This document shows, piece by piece, positions 1 to 12,300 of a stretch of DNA of 64,000 nucleotides; the stretch's first letter is position 1; every line of letters begins with the position of its first letter. The DNA lies in contig NC_068986.1 in the NCBI RefSeq assembly GCF_001194135.2, forward strand, positions 80,508,364-80,572,363, given 5' to 3'. A program made the translations under genes and the position numbers. The DNA comes from Octopus bimaculoides (lineage: Eukaryota). The notes under the pieces are model-generated. The model searched no databases. It saw nothing but the letters and a program-made list of their open reading frames with translations, and was not told where the DNA came from.

Positions 1-690
1 TAGCAACTGTATAGAGCTGATGTATATTTTGATCCTTAAAACAAAGCCTAACTTTGGAGAAATAGTTCTGCCAATGCAAAATAAATGTGATGTGACTTCT
101 ACAAATTATAAGCATTTTAGCTGTGTGCAGTTCATGTGAAAAACAGTGACGTGCAAGTCTGTTTCTTTGATGTGTAATGTGTCTTCAAGCTGTTAAAAGA
201 AACCAGATTGTCACATTCCCATGCTTTGATAGAATGGGGCAGAGTAACTGTACATGGAAAGGGCAGACCAGGTGTAGAACATGTAAATTGAATATGGAGG
301 ATGATGGCAAAGAAAAGTTTAAGAAGTGATGGGCAGTATCACCTATGTAAGAGTGGTTTGTTAAAACTGAATAAATAGTCAATTTATTTAGGGAGCAGTG
401 TGGGTGACAAAACTGAACCTTTAGGTATACCAGAGTTAACTGAGTGCAGGAGAGGGGGTGAGAGAGAGATTAACATATGCTGCACTGAAGTGGTTTGACA
501 AGATGTAGGAGAAGACAGAGAATATAGGTGTGTGAAACTTAGCTAAGAGGTCTCACATAAGACACAGTTAAGGGCTTTGTTCATATGGGCAACACCATTG
601 CTTTTGTATAGTCCTCAAATGTGGGAAACCACTACTGAGTGACAGAGCTAAGCAGTTTCTGGTTTCACACCAGAAACCATACTCATATGA
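1..690 (-). mobile_element. Decayed non-LTR retrotransposon (Jockey/CR1-like LINE) reverse-transcriptase fragment
   Basis: Minus-strand frames give degenerate RT motifs in the correct order across stops and frameshifts: YEYGFW (QYGFR-like), HMNKALNCV (D.SKAFD.V-like), NSGIPKGSVLSPTL (GVPQGSVLGP-like, ~391-440) and HSYIGDT (YADD-like). Confidence 0.7.
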
Positions 691-1328
691 TGATGATGAC
701 GATGGTGGTGGTAATGTAGCAGTAGTAGTAGTAATAGTAGTAGTAGATGTGGCTGAACCAGTGTCCAGATATTCTGTGGGGAAGATTTCGTTCATTACCG
801 TAACATCGAATGGTGTGTTCTGAAAGTTATAAGGCAGGACCATCTATCTCAGATGTTTACGACTTAAATAACATAATGTCGTCGTGTTGACAGTCTGACA
901 GACACTATTAAAAATATTCCAATTATTAGTGTCAGACACTCACATTGGGATTCACAAGGTTAACGGTTCAATCTTCAAAAATGATGGTATTTGCAAATTT
1001 TATGCAAATTACCCAATGAATCAATTTACTGGGCTATTTATGTATGTGTGTACACATGTACACACAACCATACCTGTGTCTATGGTGTTTGTTGGTAAAC
1101 AGTAGCACGATCAGGTAAGCAAGGATACGACTGTGTGTGTGTGTGTAATACAAATAATATATAGATATATGGGTACAGGACATAAAAAAACGTTAAACAC
1201 AATGAGAAAGGAAAACAGAAAACGAACTTTTTTCGAACAACGAAAAAAACACAGAAGCGAGACATGCAACATAAAGAGTATCTCCCTTCGTCAGGTGTCC
1301 CTGTTCCATATACTCCGCGTTTCGAAGG

Positions 1329-1372
<44 letters not shown>

Positions 1373-2010
1373 CAAATTGGGATGGCGAAGGAAAGAAACA
1401 TTTATGTACTTCATTAACTTACAGCTGAAACATGTCTATACTGAGTTCTAACACGCACACATATATAAGTAATAAAGTTAATGTCTGGTCATATATATTT
1501 ACACGAAGTAAATATGATCCACTGATGATGTATATGTGTATACATACACAAAAAGTAAACGCAGTGTATAGTGACATGCATTATATAAGATTTATTAAAT
1601 GTTCTTCAATAATTCATGTGAGTCCTGCTCCACTTTATATATTTTATTTCCAAACCAAATCTGATTCCACACCCAATCTAACTGATTCTTACTAATATGT
1701 CTATATGTCCAATATTGGCATTTTGAGCAGTTAACAAAATCTATTTAAATTGTTCCTCAATAGCTATCACACTATCATAGCAGTAGATTAAATAAAAGCG
1801 GTGGAGGTTTAAAATCGAATCGAGGAAAAGGAAACGACATGATAAACAACAACTGCTTAAAAAGAAATAAAAATGAAACTGAGGCCAACCCGGAACCCTT
1901 ACAGGTCCCAGATTACCCTCACTGGTAACGGCAAGTGTCCCTCTTCCAACTATACTGAGAATTAGTCCATTTCCTCCAACTGTACATGTCACTCATACTT
2001 TTTAGCAAAT

Positions 2011-2142
2011 TTACTGGAAGGCAATACCTGCCTCCTTCAACTTACTCCAAGCAGAAACGGAAGAAGTTGATGAGGTGTTAGTAGACATTAAAAAAATTCC
2101 TGTTATAATGAGAAACCAAATTGATAGAAGAGTAAAACGCAT
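2011..2142 (-). CDS. Candidate signal-peptide-encoding exon or short ORF (MRFTLLSIWFLIITGIFLMSTNTSSTSSVSAWSKLKEAG...), product unknown
   Basis: ATG at 2142, a basic residue then a hydrophobic stretch, and a possible donor GCAG|GTATTG near the end. It lies downstream of a promoter-like region and a donor-like site at ~2603. No homology recognised. Confidence 0.25.
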   Translation of the reverse strand: MRFTLLSIWFLIITGIFLMSTNTSSTSSVSAWSKLKEAGIAFQ

Positions 2143-2339
2143 CCTACTACAATTACTCCGTTTAGGCTGACCAAACCAAATGTTGTCTCCGCTCAAAACA
2201 CTTGTCTATCTAATCTCAAAGTTTGAGTTTTGTTAACAACACTATTCAGTTTTTTCCCCCACTATTATTTAAGGTAAATAATAATAATAAACTTAACATA
2301 CTGGAACATAAGTACAAGGTTACAGATCAAGGGGCGAAG

Positions 2340-2460
2340 TGTGAGAGTGAATTAAATTAGCCTCCTGTCTCTCGGTACTTCGCTGGTATTTCATTTTATC
2401 GCTTCCAGGAAAATAAAAGATTAAGTCGACCTTGGCGGGATTTGAACAACAAATACAACC
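2340..2460 (-). mobile_element. tRNA-derived SINE fragment (family S1)
   Basis: Contains aagtcgaccttggcgggatttgaac, the reverse of the gttcaaattccgccgaggtcgacttt B-box segment shared by many copies in the window. Confidence 0.6.
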
Positions 2461-2599
2461 ATATGTGGTGGTGGGGAGGCTGAAGAATGTGATTATATAA
2501 CAGTTTCATCGCTGTACAACATTAAAATACTGATGGCGAAGGAAAGATAGAATTATAAACAACAATGAAATAGAAAGAGATGCATGATTATTGTTGTTA

Positions 2600-2760
2600 T
2601 TACCTTTCACTTAACTCGATGTAGACATTGCAAATACAATGATAGAAACCAGTATGTCACGTGACGACTACAATATACTTCCGCTAATCAACGAAACCGG
2701 ACAGAAGTAATAACAAACTCATTGTAACCGGGCGGAAGTGTTCACAAACATATCCCTATC
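2600..2760. promoter_or_regulatory. CpG-enriched promoter-like element with ETS motifs and a palindromic E-box
   Basis: GTCACGTGAC at 2656-2665, ACTTCCG at ~2678, CCGGGCGGAAGTG at ~2728-2740, and a minus-strand donor-like GAAAG|GTAATA at ~2603. Confidence 0.45.
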
Positions 2761-3120
2761 CTATTACAGTAACTGTTGATTGTCGTCTGTTGTGTATTTT
2801 ACGAAACGGCAAGACAGCTCACTAATTTTTAAATGCAATAGTGTATGTCAAAGAAAGAAAGGTCGGGTGAATTATTTTATTTTACATAACCATTTCTAAT
2901 CAACCAACACGCCATTATTTTAGCCCTTGTTACCTGCTCTATTGACCGGATTGAATTCTGTCATTTGCATACAACAGTAAATCCTAACTCAGATCACTTT
3001 AATTTTATGTCGCAAAATAATAAAAAAGTTTTACTTGCAATAATTCAGTGAAATTTTCACAAGTAAACAGTGAGAAAATGAAGGGAAAAAAAAAAATACA
3101 TCAGTAAATAATCAAAATTT

Positions 3121-3865
3121 GGGATCTTGTTCAAAACGGAGGCACCAGTATTTTCTTAACGAAACACTTTGAAACTTGGGACACTGGTAGAATGTGTCAT
3201 ATAAAACATCTTTTTCTCTTAGTCTTCTTAACAAAAAAACGTACATCGCAAGTTATTTCATGTTAAAGTTGTCGTATTTCTGTAATTTCAACCAATGACT
3301 GACGTCCATTCAGCCGAATAACAGTAAGTGCTGACTACGTAAACAAACGATTCTCAAACGATTTTGGCGGTGATAAAATTATTATTTCCTTGTCAAAAAA
3401 CGGCTGAAGCATATTGGCAGTAGCTAATAAACCTTTCTATTATANNNNNNNNNNNNNNNNNNNNNNNNNNNNNNNNNNNNNNNNNNNNNNNNNNNNNNNN
3501 NNNNNNNNTATTATAGGCACAAGGCATGGTTTTTGAGGGAAGGAGCAAGTCAATTAGGGTTAGGGAAAACGAACACATGTATGTTGCCTCTGCAAAATGT
3601 CAGAAGTAATGGAGATTAAATACGCTTTACACCGCTTAAACTGCCAAAGAAGTAACTTGTAAACAGCTGAATATTTGTCAGTGATTGGTTGAAATTATCG
3701 AAATAAGACAATTTTTTACATGAAATAAATTCGAATACAAAATTTTTTTTCTGTTGTATAACACAAAATAGATAAGTATACGAAGTTTGAAAGTCTTTCG
3801 GTACCAAAAACACTACATAAAACATAAATGAAAACTGGTGCCCCCGTTTTGAACAAGATCCAAAA
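3121..3865. mobile_element. MITE or foldback element with long inverted arms, interrupted by an N gap
   Basis: The left end gggatcttgttcaaaacggaggcaccagt matches the reverse complement of the right end actggtgcccccgttttgaacaagatcc. Internal segments ~3250-3315 and ~3660-3730 are also inverted homologues. Confidence 0.65.
3445..3508. other. Assembly gap (N run)
   Basis: Run of n. Confidence 0.99.
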
Positions 3866-4146
3866 TTTGTCAAAATAATCAAAAAGTTGTCCTCATTGTC
3901 CCCATTATATCATCCCAGGAGAAACTGGTGTTTTCCTCTAAGTTTTTGAGACACCTCTAAACACGCACGCTATTACCGCGGGTGATAGCAAGGTTGAGGC
4001 CCTGAAACAACTAATTACCTTATTCAGTATCTATAATTTGTCTGATATTTCAATGAGACGGGACAGCAACGAAGTGAAAAAAAAAATGTTTTATTTTACT
4101 ATTAGCGTATCCGTGATGTCAAAAATGCTGACCGTTTTATCAGTGA

Positions 4147-5463
4147 CTAGCAGTATAGCCCGGCGCTGCTCGGGATTAAGTTAGGATTATTAAGTGATCA
4201 AGTGCTTTATTTCAAACCAAAATAAGTAACATCGACATCAGATTTGACCGAAATCCGTTGAAATTGGTTTGGCTGAAAATGGTCTGCTGGCAATTTGATT
4301 GGGTAATCCCATAAGGAATCAGTTTATTGGTTGTTTCCACTCATTGACTGTTTTTTTAAATGTTGCATTAGAGATCTGCATAGGAGAAGGTTGATCTGAA
4401 GGTTTGCATTGGGGATCTGGATTGGAGTAACTTAGGAAAACTTACCAACAGCCTTAACCAAAAAATAAGGGGCCTGTCCCTTCTAGGTTAACTCTAACTC
4501 TAACCCTGACCCTAAAACCATAACCCTAACACCAACTCTAATCCTAATCCTAACCCTAACACTAGCCTTAACCCTAACCCTAATCCTAACCGTAAAACTC
4601 TAACCCTAACCCTAACTGTAACACCCTAGTGGAAATCATGTGGGTGTTAATCTGAAAAATTGCCAAACCCTTTTTGTGGTCCGAAAAACGGGTTGGGGGG
4701 TGACTGACAAATTGTTACATACCTTTTTGTTTCATAGTTGTGAAATATAAACAAAACTCTTTTGCTCCCAAAGTAGTATATGTGCGTGTGTGAGAGGCGT
4801 GGGGGAAAGATGAACGATTTAAAATAAATAAATGATTTAAAATAAATATATTCTAATTGTTGTGTGAGAAAGTATATATAATCTCATTATAGAATATAGT
4901 CTTTCAAAGACATCTTATATTTTAAACTATATCTCATGTCTAAGAAAAAAAAATGCACTTTACATTTTACACTTACTCTGTCTTCCTTACCTACATTTTC
5001 TTTCGCAATACGCATTGTCTCCCTCTTCCACTTTTTCGTTCTTTTTTTCTTTTGTTAGACAATGGCAAACAAACTCTGCCTTGGTTAGAGAAATTTTTTT
5101 TCCTTAGACGCTTTGTGTCTCCTTTTCTCGCATTTTGTTGACTTTTTTTTGTTAGACGCTAGCAAACACTCTGTATCTCCCCTTGTCACAAACACACTAT
5201 TTCTTTCTTTCTCTCTCTCCTTCACGCGCGTACGCACAGATTTGACTTCGCCATGTCAACAAACTTCAAAATTGGTAAAAGTTTATCGATTTTTACAGCT
5301 ATACGCAGGTGCCTCTGAGAGAAAAAGTCGACGAAAATGCAGATAGGGTCATGAACAATGTCCTCCTAAAATTGGAGCAACATGCATGCTAATTTGTGGA
5401 CGTGCATAAATTATACTCACGTACACACACACACACACATCTCGGCTTTTATATATATACGGA
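4147..5463 (-). mobile_element. Non-autonomous Helitron (~1.3 kb)
   Basis: The minus strand starts A|TCCGTATATATATAAAAGCCGAG and ends with a GC hairpin cccg-a-gc-agc-gc-cggg, then ctatactgCTAG|T. These are the 5' TC, 3' CTAG, subterminal hairpin and AT target site of a Helitron, with no TSD. Confidence 0.7.
4487..4630 (+). repeat. Degenerate (CCCTAA)n telomere-like tract inside the Helitron
   Basis: Repeated taaccc/ctaacc hexamers with variants such as taatcc, taactc and tgaccc. Confidence 0.85.
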
Positions 5464-5934
5464 TAAAAATGGCATCTCTAAACAATGAGAGAAACCATTG
5501 CTAAATGTCAGCAAATATATGTATATACACAGAACTGAAGCACTCAAAAAATCAGATACAGTTGTTACATCTCAGTTGAAAATATCGCCCACATAATGTG
5601 TGTGTTTGTATATATATATATACTCTTATATGTTTTAGCCCTAAAGCTGTGATCATGCTGGGGTGAGCATTTTAGTTTGTTTGAAGCATTGTAGTACAGA
5701 AGTAGAAAGTGAAAGAAAAGGGAAATAAGGAAAGCTTCTAACAATGCAGAAAGTTTAAAAAAAAAAAAGAGAACCCTTTATATTTCAGGTGCAAAGGCTT
5801 ATCTTCAGAAGTAAGCAATCACAGAAATGTATATTTACATAGATTTCATTATTTTAAACTGCTTGGCATTCAGGTTAGCAGCAGCAGCAGAAGCAACTCT
5901 CCAACTATTGGTCATGGTTCCTTCAGTTTATAAT

Positions 5935-5995
5935 ATAGATAGATAGATAGATAGAGATAGACAGATAGATAGATAGATAGATAAAGACAGATACA
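5935..5995 (+). repeat. (GATA)n microsatellite
   Basis: Run of agat repeats with gaca variants. Confidence 0.9.
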
Positions 5996-6039
5996 ATCAG
6001 TTTATGGGGTAACCCTGGGTTTCACATTCATAAATTGAG

Positions 6040-7990
6040 CTGATAACATTAACATCTAGCAATTCATTATAGAGAGAATCATCATGTTCATTCAGGTATG
6101 CTTTACAGAATCAGCTCCATGTAAATCTTTTCCTGGTTTGTACATAACTCTTGAGATAGTAGCTTTGCAGGTCTGGTTTGTGATTAGTTTCAACCAATGT
6201 TGTCTTTCGATATACGTAGTCATAGAACTGTCAGCATCCAAAGACTATGACTAGCAGTTCATTCTCTAGTTACTTGTAACTTTTTTTTTGGGGGGGGGGG
6301 TCATGGAGGGTGCACATGATGCATACATGAAGTGGTGATCATCTTGTAATATACACGATTTGCTCTTGAGCTACCTACAGAAAGTATAATTGATTTCTTG
6401 ACATCATAATACTTTAGAAGTACAGTGTTTGTTATCAGTTTACCAAACCTCTTCCTGTGTGTATCATTTCATATGAATTCAATGTCATCTTTGGTAAGCT
6501 CACATAATAGTGCTGAGGCATTAGATAAATTAGAACTAAATTTTGCAATACACATAGTCACTCAAAAAAAACAATCCGTGTCTTACTTGTTTGTAAGTCG
6601 TGGAAGCTCGCGAACTGCATAAGTATGTAACCAACATAACGAACTTAGTTTTACCAATTTCTGCTTTGTCAGGATTTGTTTTAATCCTCTGTTATGTTCC
6701 TTGTTTTGACACCCCAACATTAATATGTCAACAATGATTTTCAAACCATCAATTCCTTTAAAGATATTTTCCATGGCTCATTGCATAGCATCTCCCAAGC
6801 TTCATAAACCAAATGCAATATCTGCCAAACAATGTATTCATTGTACACAGTTTTGAGCTCTCATCTTCCAGCTCTGTAAGCCAGTAACTGAGTTGTGCAC
6901 CCAGTTTAGTGAACTTAATAGCATTGCCTATTTACGCAGAAAATTCCTCAACTGTTACAGCTAGGTGATACCCACACAATAACTTAAGATTGATTGGATC
7001 AATGTAATCCTTATCTTGTCACCTTTTTGTACTGTGATCACTGGGTTCATTGATGCTCATGGTGATACTATTTGACAATAACACTAAGCTGCTCCATGTA
7101 ATCAAGTTAAGCTTTCACTTTATCACAAACAGCAAATGGAGTTCTTTGTGAGAGTGTGACTGGTTTAACTTAATTGAGTACTGACAAGGTAATTTTCCAA
7201 AGGTTTTACACAGATCAGGGTAATCTCATGATGAGCTCCCTTCAAATCATTTTAATAAATTCAATTTAACACATGCATCATTTCCCCCGAATAACTGACT
7301 CTTTCAGATTGATAATTTGAAATGTTTCATAACTTTGTTGTTGACAGAGCATTTAAGTTCAATCTGATCCTCTGGCCGGATGGTATGCTCAGTGTAGCTT
7401 TTCAGTTGGACATAAGTTAACCATAATGGACCTGAATAAATCAGCTCAAAATAAAGAAATTTTGTTTCTAAAAGGGATAGGAATGGAATTTGTCTATCTC
7501 CCTATTTAGATCTTTTAAATCCAACCCCTTAAATACAAATAATTTCAGATCTGTGAAATTGTTTTAATCAGGACATTATATAAATTATACTGATTTTCTC
7601 TAATTCCCTGAATTGCAGATGAAATTCTCAAAACAAACTGCTCAGGACCATGGCCCTAAGAGACTTCAATAAATTATTTTGCATGTTATTCAAGATTCTT
7701 ATAGTTGGTTCATTCACCTTTGGATAGTACCTTTACTTTCTAAGTTACATCGATATTTGCCACGTTTACTCTCAAAACTCTTGATTAAGTCAAATATCAT
7801 ACTGATTCCCTCCGAATCTTGTATTTAAAAATTAAGTTCATTCAGATACTACGAAAAATCTGTGAAAACCACAAGCTTTTAGCAAAGGAAAATTATGGAT
7901 TTCATATCTAAAAATAGTCTGATTTCTCTTAAGCACCCTACAAATGCTCCAAGTATTTGACCATAATTCAATCAATGTACATTACTGTGT
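6040..7990 (-). mobile_element. Decayed Ty3/Gypsy LTR retrotransposon pol (protease-RT-RNase H)
   Basis: Minus-strand remnants occur in Gypsy order: RTPFAVCDKVKA*LDYMEQLSVIVK, FTKLGA...EDESSKLCTMNTLFGRY, ENIFKGIDGLKIIVD(D)ILMLG..NKEHNRGLKQIL, ALLCELTKDDIEF, VETNHKP, and a YKPGKDLHGAD-like motif. Many stops and frameshifts. The upper boundary is approximate. Confidence 0.85.
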
Positions 7991-8574
7991 AATAGTAAAC
8001 AGTTGTAAACTTATTCAGCTTTATTGATCTTATAATTAATAACTTTTAAGTCTATTTTTTTGTAAATAGTAGTTTCCAAGAGGAAACAAGGGATTGAGTA
8101 ACAGTTGTAAGCTTTTTTTTTTCCTTCACAAAACCAACATTTCAGTCTACCATCTTAAGAGCACCAGCAGCAGTTGTAACCATTTTCAAAAAATCTTCCA
8201 CGAAACACCTTCACAATACATCCATTTGTGTGAAAATATTGTGAAATAACTACTTATTGAGCAGATGACATAATAGGTGTCTCATGGAGTTAAATGATCA
8301 TCATTTTAATGTCCACTTTTCTAAGTCTGCATAGATTGGATGGAGTTTACTGAAGTAGATTTTCTACAGCTGGATGCCATTCATGATGCCAACCCTCACC
8401 TGTTTCCAAGCTTGATAATATTTCTCCATGTTCAGATAAGTTTATATAGAATACTGGAAATAAACAACACTGTCTGTATGACATTACCATTCAGTTACAA
8501 CTATCACGAGGTGTCAGGACAAGGAGACATAAAAATATGCACACCTGTATATACATAAGCGAATAACTTCTTTC

Positions 8575-8705
8575 ACCTTCCATCTCTGAAATTCACTTAC
8601 AGGGCCTTGTTCAGCCTGGGGCTACAGCAGAAAATATGTGCCCAAGGTACCACACAGTGAGACTCAACCTGAAACCATATGGTTGGGGAGCAAATTTCTT
8701 AACCA
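8575..8705 (-). mobile_element. tRNA-derived SINE 5' fragment (family S3)
   Basis: Reverse of the tggttaagaa...cccaaccatatggtttcaggttgagtc head seen at 25757. Confidence 0.55.
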
Positions 8706-9179
8706 TACATAAATAGAAAATAAAATTCAAAAAAGAAACTGGAAATTATAAATAGTAAATATAATTCAAAATGTTTTAATTAAAATTTGATTTTAATTAC
8801 AGTATAGCAGTTTAATAGCAGATAATTAATAACCAACCATTTTTGAGTTATGCTGTCTCTTTCACATAAAATACACATTGAAATGGTGTGTGTACATAAG
8901 TAGAGCAAAATGTATGTGTGTGTGTGTGTGAGTGTAGATGAAGAAATCAACTGTAAACTAATTTTTGATGCTGTTAAGGATTGCAAACACCATTAGACTA
9001 TAATGAACGCCACATCAAATTTACAAACTAAAGGATCAAGGCAGGTCATTTTTGATAACATATAAGAGAATATAAGTAACTGGCAGAGATGTGATTTTAG
9101 TTAACCATGTTGAAAAATATTCTAGTGATAACCATCTTTTTTTTTTAATACATAATCTATCTTAAACTCCATTATCCAT

Positions 9180-9492
9180 TACAAACTGGCACTCTGTCAA
9201 TTATGATGATGAGAGTTCCAGTTGATCTGAAGAAAGGAACAGCTTGCTCATGAAATTAATGTGTAAGTGGCTGAGCACTCCACAGATATGTGTGCCCTTT
9301 TCAGGGAGATTCAGCATTACACAGAATGTGATGAGGTTGGCCCTTTGAAATACAGGTACTACTTGTTTTTACCAGCTGAGTGGACTGGAACGTTAAATAA
9401 AGTGTCTTGCTCAAGGACATAGTGCAAGGCCAAGAATCAAACTCATGACTTTATGATCATGAGCTGAATACTCTAACCACTAAGTCACGTAC
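9180..9492 (-). mobile_element. tRNA-derived SINE (family S2)
   Basis: agctgagtggactgg...aagtgtcttgctcaaggaca...aatcaaactc...ctctaaccactaag is the reverse of a tRNA A/B-box head plus a gtgtccttgagcaagacactt core. Confidence 0.65.
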
Positions 9493-12132
9493 CTTATCCA
9501 TTATGTTCTTTTTAAAATATGTGAATTCAAGGGAATTTAGTTGGTATGGCAACCCTCCTCATGTACCAAATAATTTTGTAAGAATACATTGAATGTATTT
9601 ATACATTGAGAGTATCTATAAATGCGTGTATGTGTAGCAGTTTGTACCTGAGGTCTACACAAACTAAAAATTGTCAACTGATATAGGATATACATATATA
9701 CATATGAGATATGTATGATGATGATATGGAGAGCAGTGATCTTGGTTGTGGACAGATACACAATTTGCAACATGTACATGCACATCTGAGCACGAAAAAT
9801 GCAGTAATGGCTCTCAGCTTAATGAGACACCGCTTTTTATGTAGATACTATTATGATAAATATACTCAGTCATTTCCCCAAATTTCTCTACTAGAAGTCA
9901 AAACTTCCAGACTTGCTCAAACCATAACAATTCTGAAAAACAGATATGAAGCAGGAAGGAAACAAATCACTATATTTGTATTTGTACATGTGTGTGTGGG
10001 TACATGCATATATGTGTGCATGCACATGCGTGCACTTGTGTCCTTGCATGTGTGTGTGTTTTTGTGAGGATGCATATTCATACATGCAAATGTGTGTATC
10101 TGAAAAGATACATATACATACATAACAAACTGAGTGTGTACAAGATACATGGAGTTATGTTTAAGGAAAGTCCTCTAGTTAGAAATAGATTAACAATATA
10201 TCAGTAACAGCAAGGATGAATATAAAACATAATTAACAATAGGAATGGCAGAGATGTGAGGACAAAACAATTATGGACAACAGCAACAATAATAACAACA
10301 GCAACAACTACAAGATAAACTATTGAAATGTCTTTACAAATCACTGAAAACTCAAATAGGAAATGCTTGCAACAAGTGACACTCTGTAGCCATTATTGGG
10401 GGACGGAGACGAAAAATGGCAAAATTAACAAGAAGTCTAGTGATTTCAAAGCACACAGTAATGGATCCTTCATCCACCCTGTTTCATCTAAGCATTTATC
10501 ATGACTGCTAATTAATATCCAGTTTTCCATGTTAGCATAGTTGGATAAGTCTGCAGTATGGAGTTTTCTCATTTCCATTCATGTTATGCTATAATATACT
10601 GGATCCTCTATTTTTGTGTTTGATCAATAAAAATTAAACTGGCCATTTGAAAGCATGCACACTGCAGCATAAAAAGTTCTTAGTATGAACTCTCTAAATA
10701 TTTCTACCCCTAACAAATTGTTAAGTTACCAAGGTACATCAGTCATATCTCAAACATCTCTTACATGTTATACAATTATCACTAATAGTTCATAGTATTT
10801 CACATCTAAATTTCTATCATACACCTTGCTTTTTTTTAGCATGCAAATATTCAAATATTCAACATGGCATAATATCAATGCTCTACAGACCTGTCCAATA
10901 CTCTACAGATCTGCTATCTGCTGGCTATCTCGAATACTTGAAAATAAACTGTTATCTAGTAGACATATCCAAATGTATACTACAAACAATTCATTATCAT
11001 ACACCAGATTAAATATGCTTCTCTAATGATGTTCAAGAATAACACCTTGCAGATATCAGAGCATTTGGCAAAATTTAAAGACATAAGAATGTTGCAGATA
11101 ATGACCAAAACATGTGAGTATCATGTCAGAGATCCAAATATGAATCGGCAATAGAAATGGTAGCAACTTTAATAGGACATAGGTTGGTGCCAGTTATCTA
11201 TATCATGAAGAGTCTTTAGAAGGTTTCTACTGCAAAAATATACCATTCACAACAGATATCAAAATATATATTTACTTAATATTGCAACTCTACCAACTGT
11301 ACTCACACACACGCAAACACACACACACACACAAATATTCATCAATGAAAATACATATATATTTAAGCACACAAACAAATTATGGGGAGAGACACATAAA
11401 TACACACATGCATATGCACATGGTGCGCATTATATGTATGTAAATATATCTGTATCTAAATCTATCTATCAATATATATATTTAGACACACATGAAAACA
11501 TACACTCAGAGAAATAAAAATAATGGTGATATAGTCAGGTTAGGAAGGAAGAGGACAATGAACTGTCTACAGAACACTTATATAAAAATTAAAAATTTAA
11601 CAACAAAACCAAGATAACATAATACAAAAGATTTGGATCTTTTGCCAATCCACAAAAGCTGGCAGAGTTAGTGCCAAGCTATGGCTAAGGTGTACAGCTG
11701 AAGTGGACATGTGAAAAGTGTCTCCATTGTATAGGACACTATTCTAAAACAGTAACTCTGCCTGCAACAGTCAACTGAAACAAAGAAAATGGCAATAGGA
11801 TACAAACTTACAATCTATGTGTCTGTAGTTTGCAGCTGATTCATTTCCAACATTTAATGCAAACATCTGTGATTGACTTCTTTACATATGGACAGATGAA
11901 GAAGAATGAGTATTTCTTTTTTAAGATGATATCAGACATTGTCTTTTGGAAGATGCCTTCTTCAGCCATAAAATGGGTTTGTTTACAGTTAATATACATT
12001 TAAACACACACACTTTATAAAAATCAAAATACCTTTCTCACTGCATAACTTTCACACCATAGCAATCATTAGGTGATACACATATAGAAATGTATACATA
12101 CAGGTGTGTGTGTGAGTATATATGTATATATC

Positions 12133-12300
12133 ATCATCATCATCATCATCATCATCATCGTTTAACGTCTGCTTTCCATGCTAGCATGGGTTGGACGATT
12201 TGACTGAGGACTGGTGAAACCAGATGGCTACACTAGGCTCCAATCTGATTTGGCAGAGTTTCTACAGCTGGATGCCCTTCCTAACGCCAATCACTAAATG
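12133..12300 (-). mobile_element. RTE-clade LINE 3' tail (or RTE-tailed SINE)
   Basis: (cat)n followed by gtttaacgtctgctttccatgctagcatgggttggacg...ctggatgcccttcctaacgcc; nearly identical to the reverse of 20545-20736. Confidence 0.75.

Noticed and set aside
568-843. 91-aa Thr/Ser-rich ORF resembling a mucin-like protein
   Set aside because: The Thr/Ser run is a trinucleotide microsatellite and the distal half is frameshifted LINE RT sequence.
1262-1330. Hammerhead-like CTGACGA and GAAAC motifs on the minus strand
   Set aside because: Stems I and III cannot be formed in any permutation, and no GAAA follows stem II.
4487-4630. Possible true telomere or chromosome-fusion site
   Set aside because: The tract is short, degenerate, single-orientation and enclosed by Helitron-like termini.
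11640-11774. Strong minus-strand acceptor (ttttctttgtttcag) as an alternative last WDR45 exon
   Set aside because: The phase-compatible peptide (VDCCRQSYCF...) has no resemblance to the seventh propeller blade and there is no other support.
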